IMG/VR virus record: IMGVR_UViG_3300005534_000007
Direction: 5' to 3' (one strand)
DNA from: a virus
DNA length: 40,686 bases
Shown: positions 15,349 through 22,178 of the stretch, piece after piece
Layout: every line of letters starts with the position of its first letter
Position numbering within the stretch: the stretch's first letter is position 1
Notes under the pieces: model-generated
Database searches by the model: none
What the model saw: only the letters and a program-made list of their open reading frames with translations
Told to the model about the DNA's origin: nothing
Position numbers and translations under genes: made by a program

Positions 15349-15758
15349 AAGAACAATTAAATATTATTCTGCCCTGGCACCCAGAATCGGAAAAGCCCAG
15401 ACTACCGTTTGTGATTTGCACCAATGGAGAAGGGCATTATTGGATGGGGCAGTATGAAAATAAATATGCTATGGCTCATTGGTTAATCGCACAGCCGATT
15501 CATAAATATTCTTCAGATGGTTGGATACACGTAGATATAGCAATTGCACCTCTCGCCTGGTGTGATCCGACGGAGTTTGTGCCTTTTGAGAAGAGGAGAG
15601 AGGTGCATCAATGTGAGGGCACTACAGAATACGGCTCATATAAATGTGGTGAGAACGAAGATGGCACTTTCGTATGTACAGTTTTCGACGGTATGGAGAG
15701 AGCCCGGTTTGGCACCGAGGTATGCCCCTTCTGTGGGTATAAGGTACATAGAGAATGA
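15345..15758 (+). CDS. Hypothetical protein with C-terminal CPFCGYK zinc knuckle
   Basis: 137 aa from ATG 15345 (ATGA overlap). Its C-terminal domain is paralogous to ORF 15755..15934. Confidence 0.55.
   Translation: MKEQLNIILPWHPESEKPRLPFVICTNGEGHYWMGQYENKYAMAHWLIAQPIHKYSSDGWIHVDIAIAPLAWCDPTEFVPFEKRREVHQCEGTTEYGSYKCGENEDGTFVCTVFDGMERARFGTEVCPFCGYKVHRE
15372..15394. repeat. 23-nt exact direct repeat (copy 2)
   Basis: Identical to 15070..15092. Confidence 0.9.
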
Positions 15759-15934
15759 CAGAACTGTACAAAATTACAGAAACTATACAAGTTTTTGATC
15801 ATAAATGCCCAGGAGATTCTCAATGGGAAGTCAGGGAAACCGTGAATTCATACGTAGTATACCATAAAAATAACGGGACGGTACTTTTATGCGATTACTG
15901 TCCCTTCTGTGGATACAAAGCGGGTGAGAAATGA
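15755..15934 (+). CDS. 59-aa zinc-knuckle protein (below track cutoff)
   Basis: Hand translation: MTELYKITETIQVFDHKCPGDSQWEVRETVNSYVVYHKNNGTVLLCDYCPFCGYKAGEK. ATGA overlap upstream. Confidence 0.5.
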   Translation: MTELYKITETIQVFDHKCPGDSQWEVRETVNSYVVYHKNNGTVLLCDYCPFCGYKAGEK

Positions 15935-15948
15935 CACCTGAACAAAAA
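15924..15948. repeat. 25-nt junction direct repeat (copy 1)
   Basis: gtgagaaatgacacctgaacaaaaa versus 16225..16249 gtgagcaatgacacccgaacaaaaa, 2 mismatches. It carries a stop, an ATG and MTPEQK. Confidence 0.85.
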
Positions 15949-15958
15949 TGGTGGTAAA

Positions 15959-16228
15959 ATGGGCACCTATTATTATGCCGTAGACACTGGGCAGAAGCAA
16001 TATTTTTCACCACCGGAACATTACAATGTCGAATGTCCGGGATGTTATCATCCCCTTAATCCGTTCCCAGCAATGGTTGTGATGAAAAACGTACAGGGAT
16101 ATTGCTTCGAAATATGGAATGACTGCGGTAATGACATTCCTCCTGAAGAGGGTTATAAGGACATAACAGAAGAGGCTTTCCAAGAGCTGAAGGATGAATT
16201 CCCCAATTACGAATGGGACAGGAAGTGA
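15959..16228 (+). CDS. Hypothetical protein on a 301-bp repeat-flanked cassette
   Basis: 89-aa ORF lying exactly between the two 25-nt junction repeats. Confidence 0.55.
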   Translation: MGTYYYAVDTGQKQYFSPPEHYNVECPGCYHPLNPFPAMVVMKNVQGYCFEIWNDCGNDIPPEEGYKDITEEAFQELKDEFPNYEWDRK

Positions 16229-16249
16229 GCAATGACACCCGAACAAAAA
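16225..16249. repeat. 25-nt junction direct repeat (copy 2)
   Basis: See 15924..15948. Confidence 0.85.
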
Positions 16250-16372
16250 CGACGCGCCTGGGGCGATGGCCCCTGGGTGAACGAACCGGACCTACTGCAA
16301 TTTGAGATAGACGGCATCCACTGCCGAATTGTGCGCACTGCGCGCATGGCCAAGATGTCGTGCCTAGCATGA
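16232..16372 (+). CDS. 46-aa ORF, possibly a truncated remnant
   Basis: Hand translation: MTPEQKRRAWGDGPWVNEPDLLQFEIDGIHCRIVRTARMAKMSCLA. The region is locally GC-rich. Its start is duplicated as an 8-codon stub at 15931. Confidence 0.35.
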   Translation: MTPEQKRRAWGDGPWVNEPDLLQFEIDGIHCRIVRTARMAKMSCLA

Positions 16373-16527
16373 GAAACCAAGACCGGAAATTGCGGCAAAA
16401 ATTCGCGGAAGAATGCCCGCACCTGGCAGATATATACACATGGAAAAAATGGTATAAGGATATCGCCTATGTACGAGCGGAAATCGAGAATCTTGTGAGG
16501 CAGGTGAAGGAGAAAAATCTCACCTAA
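16369..16527 (+). CDS. 52-aa hypothetical protein
   Basis: Hand translation: MRNQDRKLRQKFAEECPHLADIYTWKKWYKDIAYVRAEIENLVRQVKEKNLT. ATGA overlap upstream. Confidence 0.4.
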   Translation: MRNQDRKLRQKFAEECPHLADIYTWKKWYKDIAYVRAEIENLVRQVKEKNLT

Positions 16528-16732
16528 GGGTATACGGAATAGAAATCCATACCATTTGTTCCGGCATGGATACGAATTCATCCGTGAGCGGGAAATCCGC
16601 ATACTCGATTAACCACCCATAGTCGCTAATCTTGCCTAAGTGCCTGCGATTGATCAGCTGGTGGAGGTCTCCGCCAATTCGCCTGTAGATTGCGGGTGAA
16701 CCGTTTGACGTTATCGAGAAGTCTATTGTCAT
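16520..16732 (-). CDS. Hypothetical protein, lone minus-strand ORF inside block A
   Basis: 70-aa ORF in a 270-bp stretch that has no plus-strand ORF. Composition looks protein-like, but no clear SD. Confidence 0.4.
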   Translation of the reverse strand: MTIDFSITSNGSPAIYRRIGGDLHQLINRRHLGKISDYGWLIEYADFPLTDEFVSMPEQMVWISIPYTLR

Positions 16733-16797
16733 GACTTAAAACTACAACATGCACACTTTTCTTGCATCTATATCCAAAGAGAAATTATGGTAATGCC

Positions 16798-16980
16798 ATG
16801 ACGGATGAGCCAAAACGCATAGTCGACGTGACATTTAGGAGCTTATCGGACTTTCAGGGAAGAATAGCTGCTCTTTGGCAGAACCAGAAAGATGATGAGG
16901 TCTACAACTTCATTTTCCTATGTGCGGAGGCGGAGGACGCGTTCAATGATCTGGTGAAGGCGTTCAGTAATGAAGAATAA
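16798..16980 (+). CDS. Hypothetical protein
   Basis: 60 aa from ATG 16798. The track start at 16762 is a TTG. Confidence 0.45.
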   Translation: MTDEPKRIVDVTFRSLSDFQGRIAALWQNQKDDEVYNFIFLCAEAEDAFNDLVKAFSNEE

Positions 16981-17356
16981 TCGGGCTAAATGCCGCCTAT
17001 GCGGCTCTATTATCGAAGCCCTGACCGAGGATGACTACGTCCCCTGCAATTGCGGCGAAATAGCCGTAGAAGGGCGCGATTCCTTGCGAGTATACGCAAA
17101 TGACCTGTCCAACATACTGAGGGTCGACGATGAAGGTAACGTGATTGTGCCGGTGATAAAAGAATCAGGCGGTGAACTTGCGCCCGCGCCCAGGGAAGCA
17201 GGCGACACGCCGCCCGGCCCCGATCTTCTCGACATGCTGCATGAAATGATTGGTAGTATCGAAAATCTTCCTCAAAATGCTATGCTTAAACCAATTACGC
17301 ACTATGACTTTGCGGCAGCGCTAATATTAATTGAACAGATATTGAGGGCGAAGTGA
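16970..17356 (+). CDS. Zinc-ribbon protein
   Basis: 128 aa with an N-terminal CRLCGS...PCNCG. Confidence 0.55.
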   Translation: MKNNRAKCRLCGSIIEALTEDDYVPCNCGEIAVEGRDSLRVYANDLSNILRVDDEGNVIVPVIKESGGELAPAPREAGDTPPGPDLLDMLHEMIGSIENLPQNAMLKPITHYDFAAALILIEQILRAK

Positions 17357-17580
17357 TGGAGTGGGTTAGTGTAAAAGATCGGATGCCACCTAAGAAAAAA
17401 GGGGAAATACTCACATTTTCTATGATAAAAACCCTTGAGGGTGAAATGGTCCCTTGCATTTCAATGGATCCTAGAAATTGCCTTTATATAAGAAAAGGTA
17501 GACTTTATTCTGACTTCGACACGGCAGAAATAACTCACTGGATGCCTTTACCAGAACCCCCGGAATTAAGCAGTGAGTGA
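17353..17580 (+). CDS. DUF551-like protein
   Basis: 75 aa. The W.SVKDRMP...ITHWMPLPEPPE pattern is typical of DUF551. Confidence 0.6.
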   Translation: MMEWVSVKDRMPPKKKGEILTFSMIKTLEGEMVPCISMDPRNCLYIRKGRLYSDFDTAEITHWMPLPEPPELSSE

Positions 17581-17842
17581 GTGGATTAGATGTTCAGAAG
17601 AACAACCTCCTAAAAACAGAGCGTTTATATTCCAATATTTTGGAGGTATAGGAGTTGGTCATTGGGGCCAGTGTTTTACGACTATAATTGGAAATTCAGA
17701 ACGCACGCACGAGGCCTATATTCTATATAATACTTGCGAATCCTATGACGGTAATGGTTTGAAAGAATACACATGGCAAGAAGACTACATGATTGAAATG
17801 GAGGTAAACTGGATGCCGCTTCCTATCCCTCCAGATAAATGA
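17573..17842 (+). CDS. DUF551-like protein (tandem paralog)
   Basis: 89 aa with WIRCSEEQPP...VNWMPLPIPP. Confidence 0.6.
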   Translation: MSEWIRCSEEQPPKNRAFIFQYFGGIGVGHWGQCFTTIIGNSERTHEAYILYNTCESYDGNGLKEYTWQEDYMIEMEVNWMPLPIPPDK

Positions 17843-17954
17843 ATCCCTTATACTTCCGAGTAAGCCAAGCGCGCCTGTTAAGAGCCACATGCCCCTGCCA
17901 TCCACAGCATGGACAATCGGCATGTCTTTTCCTGTAGTACTGTTTCTTGGTCAT
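17823..17954 (-). CDS. 43-aa basic Cys-rich peptide
   Basis: Hand translation: MTKKQYYRKRHADCPCCGWQGHVALNRRAWLTRKYKGFIYLEG. TAAATG coupling to the upstream ORF. Confidence 0.3.
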   Translation of the reverse strand: MTKKQYYRKRHADCPCCGWQGHVALNRRAWLTRKYKGFIYLEG

Positions 17955-18428
17955 TTAGATTGAGCCTTTAACCTTCTCACTCGGCTTCTTTTTCTTCTGC
18001 TGTTGAAGTTCGGCAAGCATTTTCTGAATCTGGTTATACTTCTGCAAATCTCCCTCAGACAGGGCCTGCTGCTCCTGGGCCTTTAGGGATGCTTCAAGCT
18101 TTAAGAAGTCCATCTTCTCATCTTTGAGGTAGCGATCGTAACATGTTGCATTTAAGTCGTATGCTTTCACATGTAACTTACCCTTAGAGACATCCCTCTC
18201 GCGTCTGCGACCGAGCATGGCTTTTGCAAGTTCATAAGCCAAGCAAAAGTCGGGGTCTTTCTTGCTCCAACCAAGCACTAACGAAGGCGAGATAAGGAAA
18301 TCAGCAGAAAAGCCACAAAGATTCCAGCTATCATCTTTTTGAGCCCATTCGAGTAAATCCGCGGCCACTTTCTTTAGATCATATTCACGGGGCCTTCCCA
18401 TTGGATTGCCTGTTTTTGGTGTAACCAT
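17955..18428 (-). CDS. Terminase small subunit-like HTH DNA-binding protein
   Basis: 157 aa. The N-terminal pattern GRPREYDLKKVAADLLEWAQ...LCGFSADFLISPSLVLGWSKKDPDF..AYELAKAM resembles TerS and gp3-type HTH domains. The C-terminal region looks like a coiled coil. Confidence 0.45.
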   Translation of the reverse strand: MVTPKTGNPMGRPREYDLKKVAADLLEWAQKDDSWNLCGFSADFLISPSLVLGWSKKDPDFCLAYELAKAMLGRRRERDVSKGKLHVKAYDLNATCYDRYLKDEKMDFLKLEASLKAQEQQALSEGDLQKYNQIQKMLAELQQQKKKKPSEKVKGSI

Positions 18429-18431
18429 CTA

Positions 18432-18477
18432 TCAAACCTTAAGTATGTTGTGCTTAAATGCTCATTTTAAGGTTTGA
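18432..18477 (-). promoter_or_regulatory. Hairpin overlapping the SD of the TerS-like gene
   Basis: 11-bp perfect inverted repeat tcaaaccttaa / ttaaggtttga with a 24-nt loop. On the minus-strand RNA the promoter-distal arm contains AAGG, 8 nt before the ATG at 18428. Confidence 0.35.
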
Positions 18478-18498
18478 ATAGTTTTTTTCAATTAATTT

Positions 18499-18945
18499 TT
18501 ATATAACCACGTCCTCTATCTCATCGCCCCGAGTCGGCGCTATCTCATGGATTGCCACAATCCGCACCACCGTCTTGGCTTCTTCGCCGTATCGCTTGTG
18601 AATGCCGAGATCAATTATCTGCGCATCATCTCGATAGAATATGCCCTTGAGGGCATTCGTTATGAGATAGGCGCAGTTGTCGGCATCTGGCTTCTTTATG
18701 TGGTGTATGACGTGATTGAGCATCTGCGTGCGACGCACGTTGCTCGTGCTTTTGGGCGGCTGGAAGTAGAAGGTTAGGTCTAGCTTAATTGGCCCAAGAA
18801 GCGGCTCTTTTGGCGCATAGGGGCGAACTTGCCATTGAATTTGTGTTTTATCTTTCTTGGATGGGTCATAGGCGATGCCCGTAGAGCGAATAAATTGCGT
18901 CTGCTTTTGGGGAATTGGATTTCCGATAATCTCGAATATAAACAT
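18499..18945 (-). CDS. rusA: RusA-family Holliday junction resolvase
   Basis: 148 aa. KKPDADNCAYLITNALKGIFYRDDAQIIDLGIHKRY aligns with the E. coli RusA segment [36 protein letters not shown]. Confidence 0.8.
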   Translation of the reverse strand: MFIFEIIGNPIPQKQTQFIRSTGIAYDPSKKDKTQIQWQVRPYAPKEPLLGPIKLDLTFYFQPPKSTSNVRRTQMLNHVIHHIKKPDADNCAYLITNALKGIFYRDDAQIIDLGIHKRYGEEAKTVVRIVAIHEIAPTRGDEIEDVVI

Positions 18946-18983
18946 GCTGCCTCTCTTGAGAGCAGAGATAGCATGTTATAATT

Positions 18984-19193
18984 TTATTCAGAAGGTTTTT
19001 CCAGCATATTCTTCAGGGTTTCTGTACACTTTTGCAGCATTTCATTCTTATCATTCGCTCTTCTTATTATCAAGGAGGTCAAATATAGGAGAGTAGCCAT
19101 CGCGATTACGGGACTTATGGCCTTTCTTTTGAAAATATCTAATATTTCATCTGAAAGACTATCCACTTCTATTTCTACTTCTTCATCCTGCAT
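18984..19193 (-). CDS. Hypothetical protein
   Basis: 69-aa ORF with an acidic N-terminus and an 11-nt overlap with the upstream ORF. Confidence 0.45.
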   Translation of the reverse strand: MQDEEVEIEVDSLSDEILDIFKRKAISPVIAMATLLYLTSLIIRRANDKNEMLQKCTETLKNMLEKPSE

Positions 19194-19617
19194 CTTCCCC
19201 TATCTCCCTTTGCTGCTTGTATGCGTTAATGAGTTTCTCCACTTCCGCCAGGGGCACAATCCACGTCACGCCCTTTCTGCGTGCTTTGATCTGCCCCATT
19301 CGGAGAAGATGATACAACCTATCGCGCGAGAAGTAGCCCAGTTCCTCGCTCAGAAGCACGAGCGCCTGCTTGACTGAGCAGTAGCCCTCATTCAAGTTGA
19401 AGTACAGCGCGCCCTCTTCGTCTTTTCGCTCATCGCGATTGAACTTGTTCTCTAGATACGCCGTGATATCTTCCGCCGTTACCTGCCACTGCTTGCCATA
19501 TTTCTGGGCCTTAAGAAGCCCTTTCTTAATGGCAATGTATACTCCCTGGCGGGTGGTATGCATGTATTCGGCGGCTTCACTTAGACTGTTGAATGTGAGC
19601 TTCTTATTCTTTTTCAA
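19183..19617 (-). CDS. DNA-binding protein with two excisionase/MerR-type (HTH_17-like) domains
   Basis: 144 aa with two copies of the pattern (SL)SEAAEYM..TRQGVYIAIKKGLLKAQK.GKQW.V and VKQALVLL....SRDRLYHLLRMGQIKARRKGVTWIV. Confidence 0.6.
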   Translation of the reverse strand: MKKNKKLTFNSLSEAAEYMHTTRQGVYIAIKKGLLKAQKYGKQWQVTAEDITAYLENKFNRDERKDEEGALYFNLNEGYCSVKQALVLLSEELGYFSRDRLYHLLRMGQIKARRKGVTWIVPLAEVEKLINAYKQQREIGEDAG

Positions 19618-19801
19618 TTCCGCGTATATCCTCGAATTTTATTTCACTTTTACTGGCTTTTTCTATCTTACGAGCCGTTGCCACGTGGGGAACAGACGTT
19701 CCCGCCAAATATCTAGACAGGCTCCTAGGCGAAATTCCTGAGATAATTGAGAATTCCTTCACCGTCATCCTGTGCTTATTGAGGTAAGACTTTAGATTCA
19801 T
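19604..19801 (-). CDS. Cro/CI-type (XRE) HTH regulator
   Basis: 65 aa. MTVKEFSIISGISPRSLSRYLAGTSVPHVATARKIEKAS is a typical XRE helix-turn-helix. It is the first gene of the leftward operon. Confidence 0.7.
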   Translation of the reverse strand: MNLKSYLNKHRMTVKEFSIISGISPRSLSRYLAGTSVPHVATARKIEKASKSEIKFEDIRGIEKE

Positions 19802-19833
19802 TTGAGTTACAATATCCCTTTTTTGCCATTGAT

Positions 19834-19861
19834 AATATATGACACTTTATGCCAAAGTCAA
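19834..19861 (-). promoter_or_regulatory. Candidate sigma70-type promoter for the leftward (cro-like) operon
   Basis: Minus strand reads TTGACT, 16 nt, then TATATT, about 30 nt upstream of the ATG at 19801. Confidence 0.45.
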
Positions 19862-19890
19862 TGGTTTATTTTCAAAAAGGATATTTTTTT

Positions 19891-20484
19891 ATGGGCGATG
19901 AAGGGGATTTTATCTGGCATGGGGGGAAAAGATACGCCCGCGTGTCCAATGTCATCAAGAGATACAATAACTTTGGTGAGGCTCCCCCTGAGCGCCTAGA
20001 GAATAAAAAGATAATTGGCACAATCGTTCATGAGGCAATTGATGAGGATTTACATGGTGAGCTTCCTCCTAATCTATTGCCTTCTTGTGTTGGCTATTTC
20101 AATAGCTATCGAAAATGGAAAGAGATCAATAAACCGCGTATTGTTGAGAATGAAACCCGCTATTTCAATGATGATCTCATGATTACAGGCCGCATTGATC
20201 TCTTGGCCATTTTGCCCTACGAGACAGTGCCTGTGCTTATTGACTGGAAAACCTCGGCCTCTGAATCACCCACATGGATACTTCAATCTCATCTATATGG
20301 CCATCTCATTGCCGGTGCCGGCAAAATGGTCGCCAATAGGTATCTGTTCATAAAACTATGTCCTCTTGGATCGAAACCCAGGGTTTTTACCTATGACTAC
20401 AGCGAAAAAACTCACTCATTTTCAATATCTTGCGTTAAAAAGTATTGGGAAGAGATAAATAATGATTGTCCTAAATTGTCTTAA
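19891..20484 (+). CDS. PD-(D/E)XK nuclease (RecB/Cas4-like exonuclease fold)
   Basis: 197 aa from ATG 19891 (AAAGGA upstream). Motifs are GTIVHEAIDE, GRIDLLAI, VLIDWKTS and QSHLYGHL. Confidence 0.65.
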   Translation: MGDEGDFIWHGGKRYARVSNVIKRYNNFGEAPPERLENKKIIGTIVHEAIDEDLHGELPPNLLPSCVGYFNSYRKWKEINKPRIVENETRYFNDDLMITGRIDLLAILPYETVPVLIDWKTSASESPTWILQSHLYGHLIAGAGKMVANRYLFIKLCPLGSKPRVFTYDYSEKTHSFSISCVKKYWEEINNDCPKLS

Positions 20485-20723
20485 TATGTCATATTATAGG
20501 GATAAATAAAACCATAGGAACCAAGACAAATGGAAAAAAACGCTTCTCACATATGCTCAATATGCAAAAAAGATTTCGGAATAATGATATTTGAACTTTT
20601 AGACAAGTCACACTGTTACAAATGTTTTTAGAAAGTCCACAATGAAGTTTACAAAAAATTCGAAGAATCAAAACGTGCGACATTAAAATATGCTGGAAAA
20701 ACCTTTCTCAAGGAGGAAATGAA

Positions 20724-20864
20724 ATGAGCTGCGAACAGAACGACAGTTTCTATGACTTTCTAGAAGATAGGGCGTATGAAGATGCGCTTACTCTATACGG
20801 GGAAAATCATACAGAAGAACAATTCGAGGAGGTTTACGAAGGCCTCATAAATAAGTATATGTGA
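20724..20864 (+). CDS. 46-aa acidic protein
   Basis: Strong SD (AAGGAGG 7 nt upstream). Hand translation: MSCEQNDSFYDFLEDRAYEDALTLYGENHTEEQFEEVYEGLINKYM. Confidence 0.45.
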   Translation: MSCEQNDSFYDFLEDRAYEDALTLYGENHTEEQFEEVYEGLINKYM

Positions 20865-20874
20865 GGAATAATAT

Positions 20875-21120
20875 ATGAGAAAAATGACAGACGGTATAAC
20901 CACTTTAAATATCTTGGAATGGATAATAGTTGAGGGGATTTTTTGGGAGTATTATGTCACCGAAAAATGGGATGAAAACAACTGTGCTTACTGCTTAGTT
21001 GACGGAGATTTTCAGGAGTTGGGATTGGTTTGTCTTGATGAGATAGAACCTCATATTTTATCGAGAATGGATGATTTAGAAGTATTGCAACCTGCGCCGG
21101 GATGGAAGTGGGTGCAGTAA
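20875..21120 (+). CDS. Hypothetical protein
   Basis: 81-aa ORF. Confidence 0.5.
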   Translation: MRKMTDGITTLNILEWIIVEGIFWEYYVTEKWDENNCAYCLVDGDFQELGLVCLDEIEPHILSRMDDLEVLQPAPGWKWVQ

Positions 21121-21142
21121 AGCTAGATGGAATAATAAAAAA

Positions 21143-21162
21143 CCCCTAGCGCTAACTAGGGG
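21143..21162 (-). terminator. Terminator-like hairpin, with the T-tract on the minus strand only
   Basis: CCCCTAG-cgctaa-CTAGGGG. The minus strand continues TTTTTTATTATT, while the plus strand has an A-tract before and no T-tract after, although both flanking genes are on the plus strand. Confidence 0.45.
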
Positions 21163-21191
21163 CAAACCCAATAAAATAAAAGGAGTACTTT

Positions 21192-21365
21192 ATGAATACA
21201 ATTCCCAATTTATCAAATATAGACGATTGCGTCAAATACATATTCTCTCTTGAGCATGAAATCATCAATAAAGACCTGCTCATTTCCGATTTACAAGCTG
21301 ATATCAACTTGCAAAAAACTATAGTTAAGGGACTTCAGCTGCTTAGCATGTCCTATTCAGCTTAG
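21192..21365 (+). CDS. 57-aa hypothetical protein
   Basis: AAGGAG 6 nt upstream. Hand translation: MNTIPNLSNIDDCVKYIFSLEHEIINKDLLISDLQADINLQKTIVKGLQLLSMSYSA. Confidence 0.45.
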   Translation: MNTIPNLSNIDDCVKYIFSLEHEIINKDLLISDLQADINLQKTIVKGLQLLSMSYSA

Positions 21366-21399
21366 TGTTAACTAAATCGTAGAGTAAAAAGGAGTCCCT

Positions 21400-21579
21400 A
21401 TGTATTTTAAAAATAATATTATGAGTAGTTTATCATTTGATCCACCCGTAGACCCGATGCCGCACAGCTGCCCTAAGTGCAAATCGGATTGTTATGAGCA
21501 TCTATTTGTGTTTGAGTGCACAGATTGCGGCTATGAGTTCGAAGAGCGCGAGGAGGCCTATTATGACGAATGCTGTTAA
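21400..21579 (+). CDS. 59-aa zinc-ribbon protein
   Basis: AAGGAG upstream, with CPKC...CTDC pairs. Overlaps the next ORF by 17 nt. Confidence 0.5.
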   Translation: MYFKNNIMSSLSFDPPVDPMPHSCPKCKSDCYEHLFVFECTDCGYEFEEREEAYYDECC

Positions 21580-22162
21580 TCTGCTCCCTTCCATGCAAGA
21601 TATGCTTGAGGATCTTCCTATTGTATGGGCTAATGATAAAAACCCCATCACAGCTGCTGAAAACATCTTGGATTATCTATTGCCTGAAGTTCGGTCTTTG
21701 GAGATTTCTTCTGAGAAATCGCTGAATAGAGCATCGGCTGCTTACAGTGAGATAAGAAGATTTCGTCTAAAAGTGGATGATTGGAAGAAGGCCAACAAGG
21801 CCCACTATGACAGAGAGGCCAAAAGACTCACTGATCCTCTATTGGATGCTGAGAATGAATTAAAAGAGAAAATGCTCTCTTATGAAGATTCATTTAGAAA
21901 ATCTCATGAGGAGTTCTTAAAAGAGGCCCATGATTTCTTCGGAATTGAGATGCAGCCTTCTATGAAGAGTGTTACTGAAACAAGCTCAGTGAAAATCTCC
22001 ACCAAAGAAGTCAAGAAGTGGCGCTTATCGGACTTTTCACAAATCCCCGATGAATTTCTCATGGTGAATGAGAAGGCGGTAGAAAAAGCCATTAAAGAGG
22101 GGCGCATAGTCCCCGGTATAGAAATTTACACAGAAGAAAAAACAACAATTAAAAGAATATAA
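21563..22162 (+). CDS. Siphovirus Gp157-like protein (recombination-module associated)
   Basis: 199 aa from ATG 21563 (GAGGAGG upstream). It has a coiled-coil middle. The C-terminus WRLSDFSQIPDEFLMVNEKAVEKAIKEGRIVPGIEIYTEEKTTIKRI matches the Gp157 pattern as I remember it. Confidence 0.55.
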   Translation: MTNAVNLLPSMQDMLEDLPIVWANDKNPITAAENILDYLLPEVRSLEISSEKSLNRASAAYSEIRRFRLKVDDWKKANKAHYDREAKRLTDPLLDAENELKEKMLSYEDSFRKSHEEFLKEAHDFFGIEMQPSMKSVTETSSVKISTKEVKKWRLSDFSQIPDEFLMVNEKAVEKAIKEGRIVPGIEIYTEEKTTIKRI

Positions 22163-22178
22163 TCATAAGGAAATAACA

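Noticed and set aside
16056-16602. 127-aa and 131-aa minus-strand ORFs
   Set aside because: They are antisense to the chain of coupled plus-strand small genes in a locally GC-rich stretch. Their translations are Arg/Ser/Cys-rich and not protein-like.
19840-19855. Sigma54-type -24/-12 promoter suggested by TTGGCAT here and at the fibre-gene upstream region (~29940)
   Set aside because: The GG-to-GC spacing does not fit TGGCAC-N5-TTGC at either site.
20629-20631. Genome-wide TAG stop-codon reassignment
   Set aside because: TAG ends the 277-aa fibre gene at a position whose protein terminus (..YWIIN) matches the end of the TAA-terminated paralog (..NWIIFN). All large genes are intact under the standard code.
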